This document shows positions 46,378 to 56,461 of a stretch of 64,000 nucleotides of DNA, one piece after another. Under the pieces are notes generated by a model. It was not told the DNA's origin, did not search any database, and saw nothing but the letters and a program-made list of their open reading frames with translations. Position 1 is the stretch's first letter; every line of letters begins with the position of its first letter. Source of the DNA: an uncultured bacterium (GTDB lineage Bacteria; Methylomirabilota; Methylomirabilia; Rokubacteriales; DASRDR01); NCBI GenBank assembly GCA_964463175.1, contig CAYXBJ010000178.1, forward strand, positions 52,431 through 116,430, given 5' to 3'. The translations under genes and the position numbers were made by a program.

Positions 46378-47682
46378 CTACGAGAACTGGCAGGCCGGTG
46401 GGACGATCGTCTTTTCCTTGGGGATCACGTCGAGGACCTTGTACTTCCCGCCGCGGAGCTCGAACAGGAGCTCCCGCGTGAACGCCTGGTGGTCCTCCTT
46501 GCGGAGGATCTTGTCGCCCTGCGGGAAGTCCTCGCCTTCCTTCATCTCCAGTCCTTCCAGGGCCTCGATCAGTTTCATCGTGTCCTTCCGCCCCTGGAAG
46601 CCCGACTTCTGCATGCCGATCCGGAGCGCGTTGACTCCCTCGAAGTTGGACTGCACGTAGCGGTCTGGCAGGGGCCCGCTCGGATCGATCTGCTTCAGGC
46701 GCGCCGCACCGTCCTCGAGGAACCGCTTGTTGTGCGGCGTGTTGAGCACGCCCTCCATCACCGGAATGTAGCGGTCGATGCCGACGAACCCCTCGCCCTT
46801 GCTGCCGATCGCCGGCAGTGCGGTCGTCACGGCGATGGCGCCATCGCCGGCCAGCCGGTACTTCTTGCTGAGCCCCAGGTCGAAGCTCTGGGTGACGAAC
46901 GCGATGCCCTGAGGTCCGAAGAAGATCCCGAACAACCCGTCGAAGTTCCCGGTGACCTTCGCCAGGAACGGCGTCATGTCCGCCGTCCCCAGGGGGATAC
47001 CGGTGGTCTCGACGACGGTGCCGCCGTTCTTCGAGATCTGCTCGGTGTAGGCATCGCGGGTCGACTGCCCCCACGCGTAGTCGGCGTACGCGATGTGCCA
47101 GCGCTTGCCGATCTTGTTGACCATGTACGGGGCGGCCGCCACCGCCTGGGCCGGCGCGAAATCGAACGGCCGGAAGGTGAAGCGGCTGCACTTGGTCGTG
47201 GTGATCGTGGTGTCGAGGCACACCGTGATCATGTTGACGAGCTTGTGCTCCTCGTAGACCGGCATGCAGGCGAGGCACACGTTGGAGAGATAGCCGCCGG
47301 CGTGGGCGTCGATCTGATCGTCGACGACGAGCTTCTCGGCCTTGCGCCGGCCGACGTCGGGTTTCGACTCGTAGTCGGCGACGAGAAGCTCGATCGGCCG
47401 GCCGTTGACGCCACCCGACTTGTTGATGCGGTCCACCGCCATCTGCACGCCGACGAGCGCGGTCTTACCGCCGGAGGCCGCGGTGCCCGAGAGGGGCTGG
47501 AGCGTCCCGATCTTGAAGGGCTTGGCCTGTCCGAACGCCTCCCGCCACGGCGCCGGCACCAGCATCGTCGCCCCGAGGGCGCCGGCCACCCCGGCGGACA
47601 GACCGAGGAACCGCCGGCGCGTCGTCTTGCCGCTCCACCACATCTCCCGCGTCCAGGGCTCGTCCTGCCAGCGCTCCGCCAT
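46378..47682 (-). CDS. Periplasmic substrate-binding protein, Leu/Ile/Val-binding (type I PBP) family, Tat-type signal
   Basis: TTRRRFLGLSAGVAGALGA signal, then FKIGTLQPLSGTAASGGK... GGAGGAAT Shine-Dalgarno upstream of ATG 47682. Confidence 0.8.
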   Translation of the reverse strand: MAERWQDEPWTREMWWSGKTTRRRFLGLSAGVAGALGATMLVPAPWREAFGQAKPFKIGTLQPLSGTAASGGKTALVGVQMAVDRINKSGGVNGRPIELLVADYESKPDVGRRKAEKLVVDDQIDAHAGGYLSNVCLACMPVYEEHKLVNMITVCLDTTITTTKCSRFTFRPFDFAPAQAVAAAPYMVNKIGKRWHIAYADYAWGQSTRDAYTEQISKNGGTVVETTGIPLGTADMTPFLAKVTGNFDGLFGIFFGPQGIAFVTQSFDLGLSKKYRLAGDGAIAVTTALPAIGSKGEGFVGIDRYIPVMEGVLNTPHNKRFLEDGAARLKQIDPSGPLPDRYVQSNFEGVNALRIGMQKSGFQGRKDTMKLIEALEGLEMKEGEDFPQGDKILRKEDHQAFTRELLFELRGGKYKVLDVIPKEKTIVPPACQFS

Positions 47683-47759
47683 CGTCAGATTCCTCCCTGT
47701 CAGGTGTCGGAAGGTCGGCTGAGAGTCGTCCGCTCCGGGTGGCCCCCTCTATACTCCAG

Positions 47760-47785
47760 CGCGAGGCCCGGGCGCAAGCCTCGCG
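47760..47785 (-). terminator. Hairpin downstream of the PaaK-like gene
   Basis: CGCGAGGC-ccgggcgcaa-GCCTCGCG: perfect 8-bp stem with a 10-nt loop, ~70 nt after the stop at 47855. Confidence 0.3.
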
Positions 47786-47854
47786 TGATCGCCGGCTCGA
47801 CGCGCTGTCGGATCGTCGCGCCGGCACCCTCGCGCGCGAAGCCGAGCGCGCGAC

Positions 47855-49078
47855 TCAGTCCCACTTCCTCCGGTCGTCGATCTTCTTCGCGTTCGGGAGA
47901 ATGGTCGCGGGCGCCACCACGCGGATGGCGCCCCGGAGCTTCATCACTTCCCGGATCGCCTCCACCATGCCGTCGCTCACCTGCTCCGCGCTCGCACCGG
48001 GCGCCAGCTCGACGTGGAACTCGAGCTCGTCCTGGTGGCCCTCGCGCGTCACCACGACCTGCCAGCGCGCCACGGCCGGGAAGCGGGCGGCGATCTCGTC
48101 GGCCTGGCGGGGATGCACGAACATGCCGCGGACCTTGGTCACCTCGTCGACGCGCCCGCGCCAGCCGAGCATGCGGGGAGCGGTGCGCCCGCACGGGCAC
48201 GGTGCCTCGGTGATCACGGACAGATCCCCGGTCCCGAACCGGATCATCGGGTAGGCGCGGTGGTTGACGGTGCAGACGATCTCGCCGGTCTCTCCGGCCG
48301 CCAGCGGGGCCCCGGTCTCGGGGTCGCAGATCTCGAGGACCACGTCCTCCATGACGTGCATGCCGTCGGCTTCCCGGCATTCGTAGGCGACGATCCCGAG
48401 ATCGGCGGTGCCGAAGCCCTGACGCGTCAGGATTCCGTGGTCGGTCTCGATGGCCCGCCGCAGCGAGGGCGGCAGCGCCTCGGCGCCGACCTGGGCGACC
48501 TCGAGCGGCAGTCGTCCCAGCCCCTTCTCGTCGGCGTGCTTCAGGATGGCGAGGAGGAACGAGGGCGTGCCGACGTAGCCGGTGACGCCGAGATCCAGGA
48601 TGGTCCGGACCTGCACCTCCACGTTGCCCGGGCCGGTCGGCACGACCGTGCAGCCGAGCAGGGCGAGCCCGCGGTCGAAGAGGTGCGCGGCCGGCGTCAG
48701 GTGGTAGAGGAACGTGTCGATGACGACGTCGCCCGGCCGAAAGCCGCCGGCGTACGCCGCGGTCTCGGTGCGCCACGGGCTCCAGTCGCGCCGCGAGAAC
48801 GGCTCGTAGATCGGTCCCGGTGACACGAACACCCAGCCCAGGTCCGCGGGCGACACGGCCGAGAAGCCCCCGAACGGCGGCGTCGCGCGCTGTGCATCCG
48901 GCATGGTCGCCTTCTTCATGACCGGGAGGCGGGCGAGGTCGGCCGGCGTCCGCACGGAAGCCGGGCGGAGACCCGCGGCCTCCAGACGCCGGCGCACGCC
49001 GGGCGCGCGCCGCCAGGCGTGGGCCACCAGCGCCCGCACCCAGGCGCCCTGATAGGCGCTGCGCGCCCGCACGCCCAT
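47855..49078 (-). CDS. Phenylacetate-CoA ligase family protein (PaaK-like / coenzyme F390 synthetase-like adenylating enzyme)
   Basis: ...FSRRDW..., TSGTTG-equivalent region, C-terminal ...KVRGMFVHPRQAD... Start uncertain (M at 49078 or GTG upstream). Confidence 0.7.
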   Translation of the reverse strand: MGVRARSAYQGAWVRALVAHAWRRAPGVRRRLEAAGLRPASVRTPADLARLPVMKKATMPDAQRATPPFGGFSAVSPADLGWVFVSPGPIYEPFSRRDWSPWRTETAAYAGGFRPGDVVIDTFLYHLTPAAHLFDRGLALLGCTVVPTGPGNVEVQVRTILDLGVTGYVGTPSFLLAILKHADEKGLGRLPLEVAQVGAEALPPSLRRAIETDHGILTRQGFGTADLGIVAYECREADGMHVMEDVVLEICDPETGAPLAAGETGEIVCTVNHRAYPMIRFGTGDLSVITEAPCPCGRTAPRMLGWRGRVDEVTKVRGMFVHPRQADEIAARFPAVARWQVVVTREGHQDELEFHVELAPGASAEQVSDGMVEAIREVMKLRGAIRVVAPATILPNAKKIDDRRKWD

Positions 49079-49187
49079 CGTCTCGCGCTTCCGGTCGTAG
49101 TAGCCGCGCAGGCGATCGGCGCGCTTCACGGCATCCACCGTCGGGAACGCGCCGAGCGAGGCGCCTCGGCCGCGCCGTGGCCTCCGC

Positions 49188-50024
49188 TCATGAGAGCCAG
49201 CGCTTGCGGCGCCGGTAGTGCTTGACGTCCCGGTAGCTCTTCCGCTGGCCGACCCCGGAGAGCCCGAGATAGAACTCCTTGACGTCCTCGTTCTCGCTGA
49301 TGGTGGACGCGTCTCCGTCCAGCACGATCCGCCCGCTCTCCATGACGTACGCGTACCGGGCAAAGCTGAGCGCCATGGCGGCGTTCTGCTCGGCGAGCAG
49401 GACGGCGACCTGCTCCTCCCGGTTCAGACGGCTCACGATCTCGAAAATCTCCTGGACCAGCATCGGGGCCAGCCCCATGGACGGCTCGTCGAGGAGCATG
49501 AGCCGCGGGCGCGCCATCAGCGCCCGCCCGATCGCCAGCATCTGCTGCTCGCCGCCTGACACGTATCCCGCTCGCACCGTCCGGCGGTCCTTCAGGCGGG
49601 GGAAGTATCGATACACGCGCTGGATGTCCTCGTCGATCGCCCGCCGGTCGCGCCGCGTGTACGCACCGGTCAGGAGGTTCTCCTCGACCGTGAGGTGCTC
49701 GAAGATGTGCCGTCCCTCCATCACCTGCACGACGCCGCGCCTCACGATGTCAGCAGGATCGCGGGTCTGGATGGGAGACCCCTGGAACTCGATCGCGCCC
49801 TTGGTCACCTCGCCCCGCTCCGTGCGAAGCAGCCCCGAGACAGCCTTGAGGGTCGTGCTCTTGCCTGCCCCGTTGGCCCCGAGCAGGGCGACGATGCTTC
49901 CCTCGGGCACTTGGAGGGAGACCCCTTTGAGCACGAGGATCACGTGGTCATAGATGACCTCGATGTTGTTGACGGTCAGCAGCGCCTTCCCGTTCTCGCT
50001 CATGAGTCTTCGCCGGAGCGCCAT
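49188..50024 (-). CDS. HAAT-family ABC ATPase (LivF-like) of the second system
   Basis: GANGAGKSTTLK, VSGGEQQMLAIGRAL, LLDEPSMGL. Confidence 0.8.
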   Translation of the reverse strand: MALRRRLMSENGKALLTVNNIEVIYDHVILVLKGVSLQVPEGSIVALLGANGAGKSTTLKAVSGLLRTERGEVTKGAIEFQGSPIQTRDPADIVRRGVVQVMEGRHIFEHLTVEENLLTGAYTRRDRRAIDEDIQRVYRYFPRLKDRRTVRAGYVSGGEQQMLAIGRALMARPRLMLLDEPSMGLAPMLVQEIFEIVSRLNREEQVAVLLAEQNAAMALSFARYAYVMESGRIVLDGDASTISENEDVKEFYLGLSGVGQRKSYRDVKHYRRRKRWLS

Positions 50025-50070
50025 CGGCCCGCGAGCCCCGCAGGGCCCGCGGGCCGGTAGCCCACCGCGG

Positions 50071-51384
50071 CTAGCTCTTCGGGCAGTCCCGCGGCGTGTA
50101 GTTGAGCTTCTTGCCCTCCTCGACCGCCGCCTCCTCGATCTTCGGTCGTACCACGTCGCGCATGGGCTCGATCCAGTCGGAGACGATGTTCCACTTCTTT
50201 CCGTCCCACTGCTGGACCTGCGCCATGCCGTTGCCCTCGTGGTTCTCGCAGGTGACCTTGAGGGGTCGGATGAGCCCCTTCATGCCGAGCTGCTCGAGGC
50301 GCTGATCGGTGATGTTCAGATTCTCGAAGCCCCAGCGGATCTCCTCATTGGTCAGCTGCTTGTTACCGTACTTGGCCATCGCCGTCCGGATGGCCTCGAC
50401 GTTCAGCATCGCGTTGACGATCATGCGGTTGTACAGCACCTCGCCGATGCCATCGCGCCGGCCGGCACCCTTCCCCTGCTCGTAGAGGTAGTGGTTGATG
50501 TCCTGGTGAACCTTGAAGCCGGCGCCCGGGGCGGTGAACGTCATCGCCTTGTAGCCCTTGGCGCCATCGCCGGCGGGGATGACGTCGATCTCGGTACCCG
50601 TCCACCAGTTACCGACCACGTGGTCCATCTTCATCCCGTGGGAGGCCGCCTCCTTCACCGCCACCTGGTTCATGACCCCCCAGCCGGAGATGTAGATCCA
50701 GTCCGGATTGATCCGGCGAACCTGGAGCCAGGTCGCCCCCTGCTCCTGCCCCGGATGATCGACGGGAAGCAGCGTGAGGTCGAATCCGTACTGCTTGGAC
50801 AAAAGCTCGAGGGTCGGATTCGCCTCCTTGCCATACGGGCTGTTGTGGAAGATGTGGACCAGCTTCTTGCCCTTCAGCTTGTCCATCCCGCCTTCCTGCT
50901 GACCCACGTACTTGACGAAGGCCGACGCCTGGCTCCAGTAGGTCATCGGGAAGTTGAAGACCCACGGAAACCAGCGGCCGTCGGCCGCTGCTGTCATGCC
51001 GTAGCCCATCGAGTGGACGACGACCTTGTCGACCGCCGCCTTGGGGATGAGCTGGTAGGTGATGCCCGTGCTGTACGGATTGACGAGCACCGGCCCCTTC
51101 CCCTTCAGGCGCTCGTAGCACTCCACACCCTGTTTCGTGTCGTACTGCGTCTCGCACTCCTCGACCACGATCTTGAACCCGTTGATGCCTCCGTCCCGCT
51201 CGTTCACCAGCGCGAAGTAATCGAGGGCCGCGTTGGCGATCGGGGTGCCGCTCGGCGCGTACGGGCCGGTGCGGTAGACGAGGAGCGGGATGAAAAACGT
51301 CTTGTCCTGGGCGGGCGCCAGCGACCACGCCCCGAGCGCGATGACCGCCGTCAGGACCACGCTCAACATGACACGCAGCTTCAT
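50071..51384 (-). CDS. Periplasmic substrate-binding protein (type I PBP, Liv-like family)
   Basis: Signal peptide MKLRVMLSVVLTAVIALGAWSLAPAQD; 437 aa. Confidence 0.8.
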   Translation of the reverse strand: MKLRVMLSVVLTAVIALGAWSLAPAQDKTFFIPLLVYRTGPYAPSGTPIANAALDYFALVNERDGGINGFKIVVEECETQYDTKQGVECYERLKGKGPVLVNPYSTGITYQLIPKAAVDKVVVHSMGYGMTAAADGRWFPWVFNFPMTYWSQASAFVKYVGQQEGGMDKLKGKKLVHIFHNSPYGKEANPTLELLSKQYGFDLTLLPVDHPGQEQGATWLQVRRINPDWIYISGWGVMNQVAVKEAASHGMKMDHVVGNWWTGTEIDVIPAGDGAKGYKAMTFTAPGAGFKVHQDINHYLYEQGKGAGRRDGIGEVLYNRMIVNAMLNVEAIRTAMAKYGNKQLTNEEIRWGFENLNITDQRLEQLGMKGLIRPLKVTCENHEGNGMAQVQQWDGKKWNIVSDWIEPMRDVVRPKIEEAAVEEGKKLNYTPRDCPKS

Positions 51385-51451
51385 GGTGACCTCCTTGTCG
51401 GTGGTGGTGAGCTACGGACGTCCTCCGAATCCTCCATCGCGCCAACGGCCT

Positions 51452-52528
51452 TCAGTACGGGAAGGGCCACATTCGGAGCTTCTCCTTGGTGACCTGCCAC
51501 AGGCGCGCCAGCCCGCTCGGCTCGACGATCAGGAAGAAGACGATGAGCCCGCCGAACACCATCAGCTCGATTTCCTTCTGGAGCGCCGTCGGCATCTTGA
51601 CACCCAGCCAGTGGGGCACGTTCGTGAGCAGGATCGGGATCAGGATGATGAAGGCGGCCCCCAGGAACGAGCCGAGGATCGAGCCCAGTCCTCCGATGAT
51701 GATCATGAACAGCACGAGGAACGACTGGTTGATGTCGAAGGCCAGCGTCTCCGCGCTACCGAGGAACAGGAACACGAGCTCGGCCCCGGCCACGCCGCAG
51801 TAGAACGAGCTGATTCCGAACGCGAGCAGCTTCGTCCGGAGCGGCCGCACGCCGATGATTTCGGCGGCGATGTCGCGGTCGCGGATCGCCATCCACGCCC
51901 GGCCGATCCGGCCGCGCACGAGATTCTTGGCGACCAGGGCGAATACCGCGACGAAGGCCAGGCCCACGAGGTAACGCGCCGAGGCCGTCGAGTTGGGGCC
52001 GGTCAGCAGCACCCCGAACATGGCCCGGTTCGGAGCGGTGATCGTGCCGGACGACGCGTAGTTCACGAACCACGGCACCTTGTTGAAGAGCCAGAGGAGG
52101 AAGAACTGCGCGGCCAGCGTGGCGACCGCCAGGTAGAAGCCTTTGATCCGGAGGCTCGGGAGTCCGAAGATCAGGCCGACCCCGGCCGCGATGACCCCCG
52201 CGGCGAGGAAAACGAGGACGATGCTCGCGCGGGGAAACGACGTGGTCAGCTTGAAGGCCGAGTACGCGCCCACCGCCATGAACCCGCCGGTGCCGAGCGA
52301 CAGCTGCCCGGCGTAGCCGGTGAGGAGGTTCAGCCCGATGGCCGCCAACGCGTAGACCAGGAACGGGATGAGGATCGCCTGGAGCCAGTAGTCGTTCGCG
52401 ACGAGCGGCGGGACGAGCGCGGCGGCCACCAGGACCAGCCCGGCCACCCATCGATCCTGGACGATCGGGAAGATCGCCTGGTCGCTCGCATAGCTGGTCT
52501 TGAACTGGCCGGCCTCGCGGTAGATCAC
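51452..52528 (-). CDS. HAAT-family ABC permease, LivM-like
   Basis: ...LTGYAGQLSLGTGGFMAVGAY...; 358 aa, polytopic. Confidence 0.8.
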   Translation of the reverse strand: MIYREAGQFKTSYASDQAIFPIVQDRWVAGLVLVAAALVPPLVANDYWLQAILIPFLVYALAAIGLNLLTGYAGQLSLGTGGFMAVGAYSAFKLTTSFPRASIVLVFLAAGVIAAGVGLIFGLPSLRIKGFYLAVATLAAQFFLLWLFNKVPWFVNYASSGTITAPNRAMFGVLLTGPNSTASARYLVGLAFVAVFALVAKNLVRGRIGRAWMAIRDRDIAAEIIGVRPLRTKLLAFGISSFYCGVAGAELVFLFLGSAETLAFDINQSFLVLFMIIIGGLGSILGSFLGAAFIILIPILLTNVPHWLGVKMPTALQKEIELMVFGGLIVFFLIVEPSGLARLWQVTKEKLRMWPFPY

Positions 52529-52601
52529 GCGCTCACCGCTCCTTCATGGGGTCCGCGCCCGTCGCGCGACCGAGCTCGGCCCGGGGCCGGTCGCTGGCGC
52601 C

Positions 52602-53536
52602 TCATACCCGCTCGATGATCTTCTCGCCGAAGAGGCCCTGCGGCCGGAACACCAGGAACACCAGCGCGACCACATATGCGAACCAGTTCTCGATCGCTCC
52701 GCCGACCAGCGGCCCCCAGTAGACCTCGCCGATCTTCTCCCCCACCCCGATGATGAGGCCGCCCGCGATCGCGCCCGGCACCGACGTGAAGCCGCCCAGG
52801 ATCAGGACGGGCAGCGCCTTCAGGGCGATGAGCGACAGCGAGAACTGGACTCCGCTCTTGGCGCCCCACATCACACCGGCGGCGATGGCCACGATGCCCG
52901 ACACCGACCAGACGACCACCCAGATGGTCTTGAGCGGGATGCCGATCGACAGGGCCGCCTCGTGGTCGTCGGCGACCGCCCGGAGGGCGCGGCCGATGCG
53001 CGTTCGCTGGAAGAAGATCGCCAGGATGGTGACCAGCACCGCGGCGGTCGCCGCCGCGGTCAGCTCCAGCCGGTTCACCAGCACGCCGTGGACGTTGAAC
53101 GACGTGTCGGGGATGCCGATGTCGAGCCTCTTCACGTTGGCGCCCCAGACGAGCTCGCCGAACCCCTCGAGGAAGAAGGAGAGGCCGATCGTCGCCATGA
53201 AAGGATGATGTATTCCTGGTTGACCAGCGGCCGCAGCACGAACCGCTCGATCGCGAACGCAAGCGCCACCATCACCGCCATGGTCAGCCCGAGCGCGAGC
53301 CAGACCGGCGCCCCGCGCTCCAGGAGGCCGACCAGCGTGAGCGCCGCGAACAGGACCATCACGCCCTGGGCGAAGTTGAAGACCCCCGAGGCCTTGAAGA
53401 TCAGGACGAACCCGAGGGCGACCAGCGAGTACATGAGCCCGGCCGCGATCCCGCCGATGAGCACCTCGACCAGAAAGGCCGGGTTGGCGACCATGTCGGC
53501 GAAGGGCGCGACCAGGACGGCGTGGAGGATCTCCAC
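52602..53536 (-). pseudogene. HAAT-family ABC permease, LivH-like, interrupted by a -1 frameshift near 53197 (or a sequencing error in a T-run)
   Basis: ORF 53132-53536 encodes the LivH N-terminus (MEILHAVLVAPFADMVANPAFLVEVLIGGIAAGLMYSLVALGFVLIFKASGVFNFAQG...RPLVNQEYIIL) and then runs into nonsense. ORF 52602-53198 continues in another frame with MATIGLSFFLEGFGELVWG... The junction is ...ATCATCCTTTCATGGCG... Confidence 0.55.
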
Positions 53537-53624
53537 GGCGCTCAGCTCCCGCCCGCTGCCCCGGGCCCCATCGCCTCAGCGGGCCCGCGGTCGGACACAG
53601 CGCGTCGTCCCCGCCCCGGGCGCA

Positions 53625-54482
53625 TCACTCGTGGGCAACCCCCAGGTACGCGTGGATCACCGCCGGATCGGCCCGGACCACCGCCGGCGGCCCGTCGGCG
53701 ATCTTGCGCCCGTAGTCCAGCACCGCCACCCGGTCCGAGATGTCCATGACGACGCTCATGTCGTGCTCGATCAGCATGATGGTCGTGCCGAACTCGTCGT
53801 TGACGTCGAGGATGAAGCGGCACATGTCCTCCTTCTCCTCGACGTTCATCCCCGCCATCGGCTCGTCAAGGAGGAGGAGCGTCGGCTCCGCGGCCAGCGC
53901 CCGCGCCAGGTCGACGCGCTTCTGCAGCCCGTACGGCAGCCGGCCGGCCGGTGTCTTGCGGACGGCCTGGATCTCCAGGAAATCGATGATCCGCTCGACG
54001 AAGGCACGGTGCTCGAGCTCCTGCCGTCGGGCCGGCCCCCAGTAGAGAGCGTCCCACAGGAAGCTCCCTCGCATCTTGAGAAGCCGCCCGGTCATGATGT
54101 TGTCGAGCACCGTCATGCCGCGGAACAAAGCGACGTTCTGGAACGTGCGGGCGAGGCCGAGAGCGGCCACGTCGGGGGCCCGGAGACGGGTCCGATCGCG
54201 CCCCTGGAAGAGAATGCGTCCCTCCTGAGGATGGTAGAAGCCGCTGATGACGTTGAGGAGCGTGGTCTTCCCCGCCCCGTTCGGCCCGATGATTGCCAGG
54301 ACCTCGCCCGGCTGCACGTCGAGGCTCACCTGGGTGAGCGCGTGGACGGCGCCGAAGCGAACGCTGATGCTGTCGACCTCGAGGAGGGGCGTCCCGCTGG
54401 GCTGGCCGTTCGTCGGCGCCGCTGTGGGCGCGCCCGCGGCGCGAGGCGGCCGGAGCGTCCCCGCGCCCGGCTGGGCGCTCAC
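53625..54482 (-). CDS. HAAT-family ABC ATPase, LivG-like
   Basis: GPNGAGKTTLLN, GLQKRVDLARAL, LLDEPMAGM. Confidence 0.8.
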   Translation of the reverse strand: MSAQPGAGTLRPPRAAGAPTAAPTNGQPSGTPLLEVDSISVRFGAVHALTQVSLDVQPGEVLAIIGPNGAGKTTLLNVISGFYHPQEGRILFQGRDRTRLRAPDVAALGLARTFQNVALFRGMTVLDNIMTGRLLKMRGSFLWDALYWGPARRQELEHRAFVERIIDFLEIQAVRKTPAGRLPYGLQKRVDLARALAAEPTLLLLDEPMAGMNVEEKEDMCRFILDVNDEFGTTIMLIEHDMSVVMDISDRVAVLDYGRKIADGPPAVVRADPAVIHAYLGVAHE

Positions 54483-56461
54483 GCGGTCGCCCCGCCGGCA
54501 TACACCTCGGCCTCCCGGATCCGCACGTCGGCCCGCACAGTGCCGGTCCGGCCGTCCTCGTAGGTGACCTTCGCCTCGACGGAGACGTGGTCCTGCCCCG
54601 AGTAGAGCGCCTCCACGAGCGTGGCGTACTTCTGGGCGATGAACCCCCGACGCACCTTCCGGGTCCGGGTGATCTCCTGGTCGTCGGGGTCGAGTTCCTT
54701 GTGGAGCATCAGGAAGCGCCGGACCTGCGCTCCGCGGAGTCGCGGCTCCTCGAGGAGGCTCCGGTTCATGCGCGCGATCTCATCCCGGACCAGATCGTAG
54801 ACCTCGGGCTTCTGGGAGAGGTCCGTGTAGCTCGTGTAGGCGAGGCCGCAACGCTCGGCCCAGCTCCCCACCGCAGTGATGTCGATGTTGAGGAGGGCGG
54901 CGACGTACGGCCGGTCCTGACCGACGCAGACCGCTTCCCGGATGTAGGGCGAGAACTTGAGCTTGTTCTCCAGATACTTCGGGGCGAAGAGCGTGCCGTC
55001 GGAGAGATGCCCGACGTCCCGCGCGCGGTCGATGATGCGGAGGTGCCCGTCCTTGTCGATGATGCCCGCGTCCCCGGAATGCACCCAGCCGTCCTCGATC
55101 GTCTGCCGGGTTGCATCCGGGTTCTTGTAGTAGCCGACGAAGACGCCGGGGCTCCGGTAGAGCACCTCGCCCGAGTCGTCGATCCGGATCTCGACGTCGG
55201 TCAGCGGGGTCCCCACGGTGTCGAGCCGGACCTCCCCGTCCCGCTGGATACAGATGAGCGCGCTCGACTCGGTCATGCCGTACAGCTGCTTCATGTTGAC
55301 CCCGAGCGCGCGATAGAACTCGAACAGCTCGGGCCCGATCGCCTCGCCCGCGGTGTAAGCGAGCCGGACCTGGCTCATGCCGAGGTTGTCCCGCAAGGGA
55401 CCGTAGACGAGCACGCGGCCGAGGGCATGGAGCACGCGATCCCCGACCGGAACGGACTCGCCGGCCAACCGTCGCCGCTCGACGCGCCGCGCGACGTCCA
55501 GGAAATACCGGATCACGCGGCGCTTGGCCGGCGCCGAGTCGTCGATCCGGATCATGGCCGTCGTCAGGATGCGCTGGTAGATCCCCGGCGGCGCGAAGAA
55601 GTACGTCGGACCGATCTCCCGGAGGTCCTGCAGCACGGTCGTCGTGCTCTCCGGGCAGTTGGTCGCGAAGCCGGTCAGGATCGACTGCGCGAACGAGAAC
55701 ATGTGGTCGCCGATCCACGCCATGGGCAGGTACGCGACGACCTCGTCGGTGGCGCGCAGCCCCTCGTACTCGATGGCGTTCCGGCCGGTGATGATGAGGT
55801 TCCGGTGGGACAGCATCGTCCCCTTCGGCTGGCCGGTGGTGCCCGACGTGTAGCAGATGATCGCGACGTCGTCCGCGGCACCCTTCGCGATCTCCTGCTC
55901 GAAGTAGCCCGGATGCTCGCGATCGAACCGCCGCCCGAGCTCCTGGACCGCCTCCAGGCTGATGAGGCCCGCGTCCTCGTAGTGCCGGAGGCCGCGGGGG
56001 TCTCCGTAGATGATGTGCTCGAGTCGCGGGCAGGTCGCCTTGACCTGGAGGAGCTTGTCGACCTGCTCCTGGTCTTCCACGACGGCGAAGCGCACTTCGG
56101 CGTGGTCGACGATGAACTCCATCTCCTTCTCGATGGAGTCCTGGTAGAGGGGCACCGGCACGCCGCCGAGCGCCTGGGCGGCCAGCATTCCCCAGTAGAG
56201 CTGCGGCCGGTTGTCGCCGACGATCGCCGTCTTGTCCCCGCGGCGGAATCCGAGGGCCGCCAGGCCGAGCGCGATCAGCCGTGCCTGCTCGAGGTACTGG
56301 CGCCAGGTATACCTCTGCCAGATTCCGTATTCCTTCTCCCGGATGGCGATCTTGTCGGGGAAGCGCTCGACGTTCCGGCGGAGCAGCTTCGGAAACGTGT
56401 CCAGCGCGGGATCCAGGTGGGTCTTGCCGTTCGTTGCGGTCGTCCGGTCCGCCTGCGCCAT
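54479..56461 (-). CDS. Long-chain-fatty-acid-CoA ligase / AMP-dependent synthetase (FadD-like, ACSL)
   Basis: YTSGTTGQPKG AMP-binding motif, ...GYGMTES..., ...LHSGDAGIIDKDGHLRIIDRARD. 660 aa from MAQADRTT. The track ORF's 250-codon N-terminal extension is not credible. Confidence 0.8.
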   Translation of the reverse strand: MAQADRTTATNGKTHLDPALDTFPKLLRRNVERFPDKIAIREKEYGIWQRYTWRQYLEQARLIALGLAALGFRRGDKTAIVGDNRPQLYWGMLAAQALGGVPVPLYQDSIEKEMEFIVDHAEVRFAVVEDQEQVDKLLQVKATCPRLEHIIYGDPRGLRHYEDAGLISLEAVQELGRRFDREHPGYFEQEIAKGAADDVAIICYTSGTTGQPKGTMLSHRNLIITGRNAIEYEGLRATDEVVAYLPMAWIGDHMFSFAQSILTGFATNCPESTTTVLQDLREIGPTYFFAPPGIYQRILTTAMIRIDDSAPAKRRVIRYFLDVARRVERRRLAGESVPVGDRVLHALGRVLVYGPLRDNLGMSQVRLAYTAGEAIGPELFEFYRALGVNMKQLYGMTESSALICIQRDGEVRLDTVGTPLTDVEIRIDDSGEVLYRSPGVFVGYYKNPDATRQTIEDGWVHSGDAGIIDKDGHLRIIDRARDVGHLSDGTLFAPKYLENKLKFSPYIREAVCVGQDRPYVAALLNIDITAVGSWAERCGLAYTSYTDLSQKPEVYDLVRDEIARMNRSLLEEPRLRGAQVRRFLMLHKELDPDDQEITRTRKVRRGFIAQKYATLVEALYSGQDHVSVEAKVTYEDGRTGTVRADVRIREAEVYAGGATA

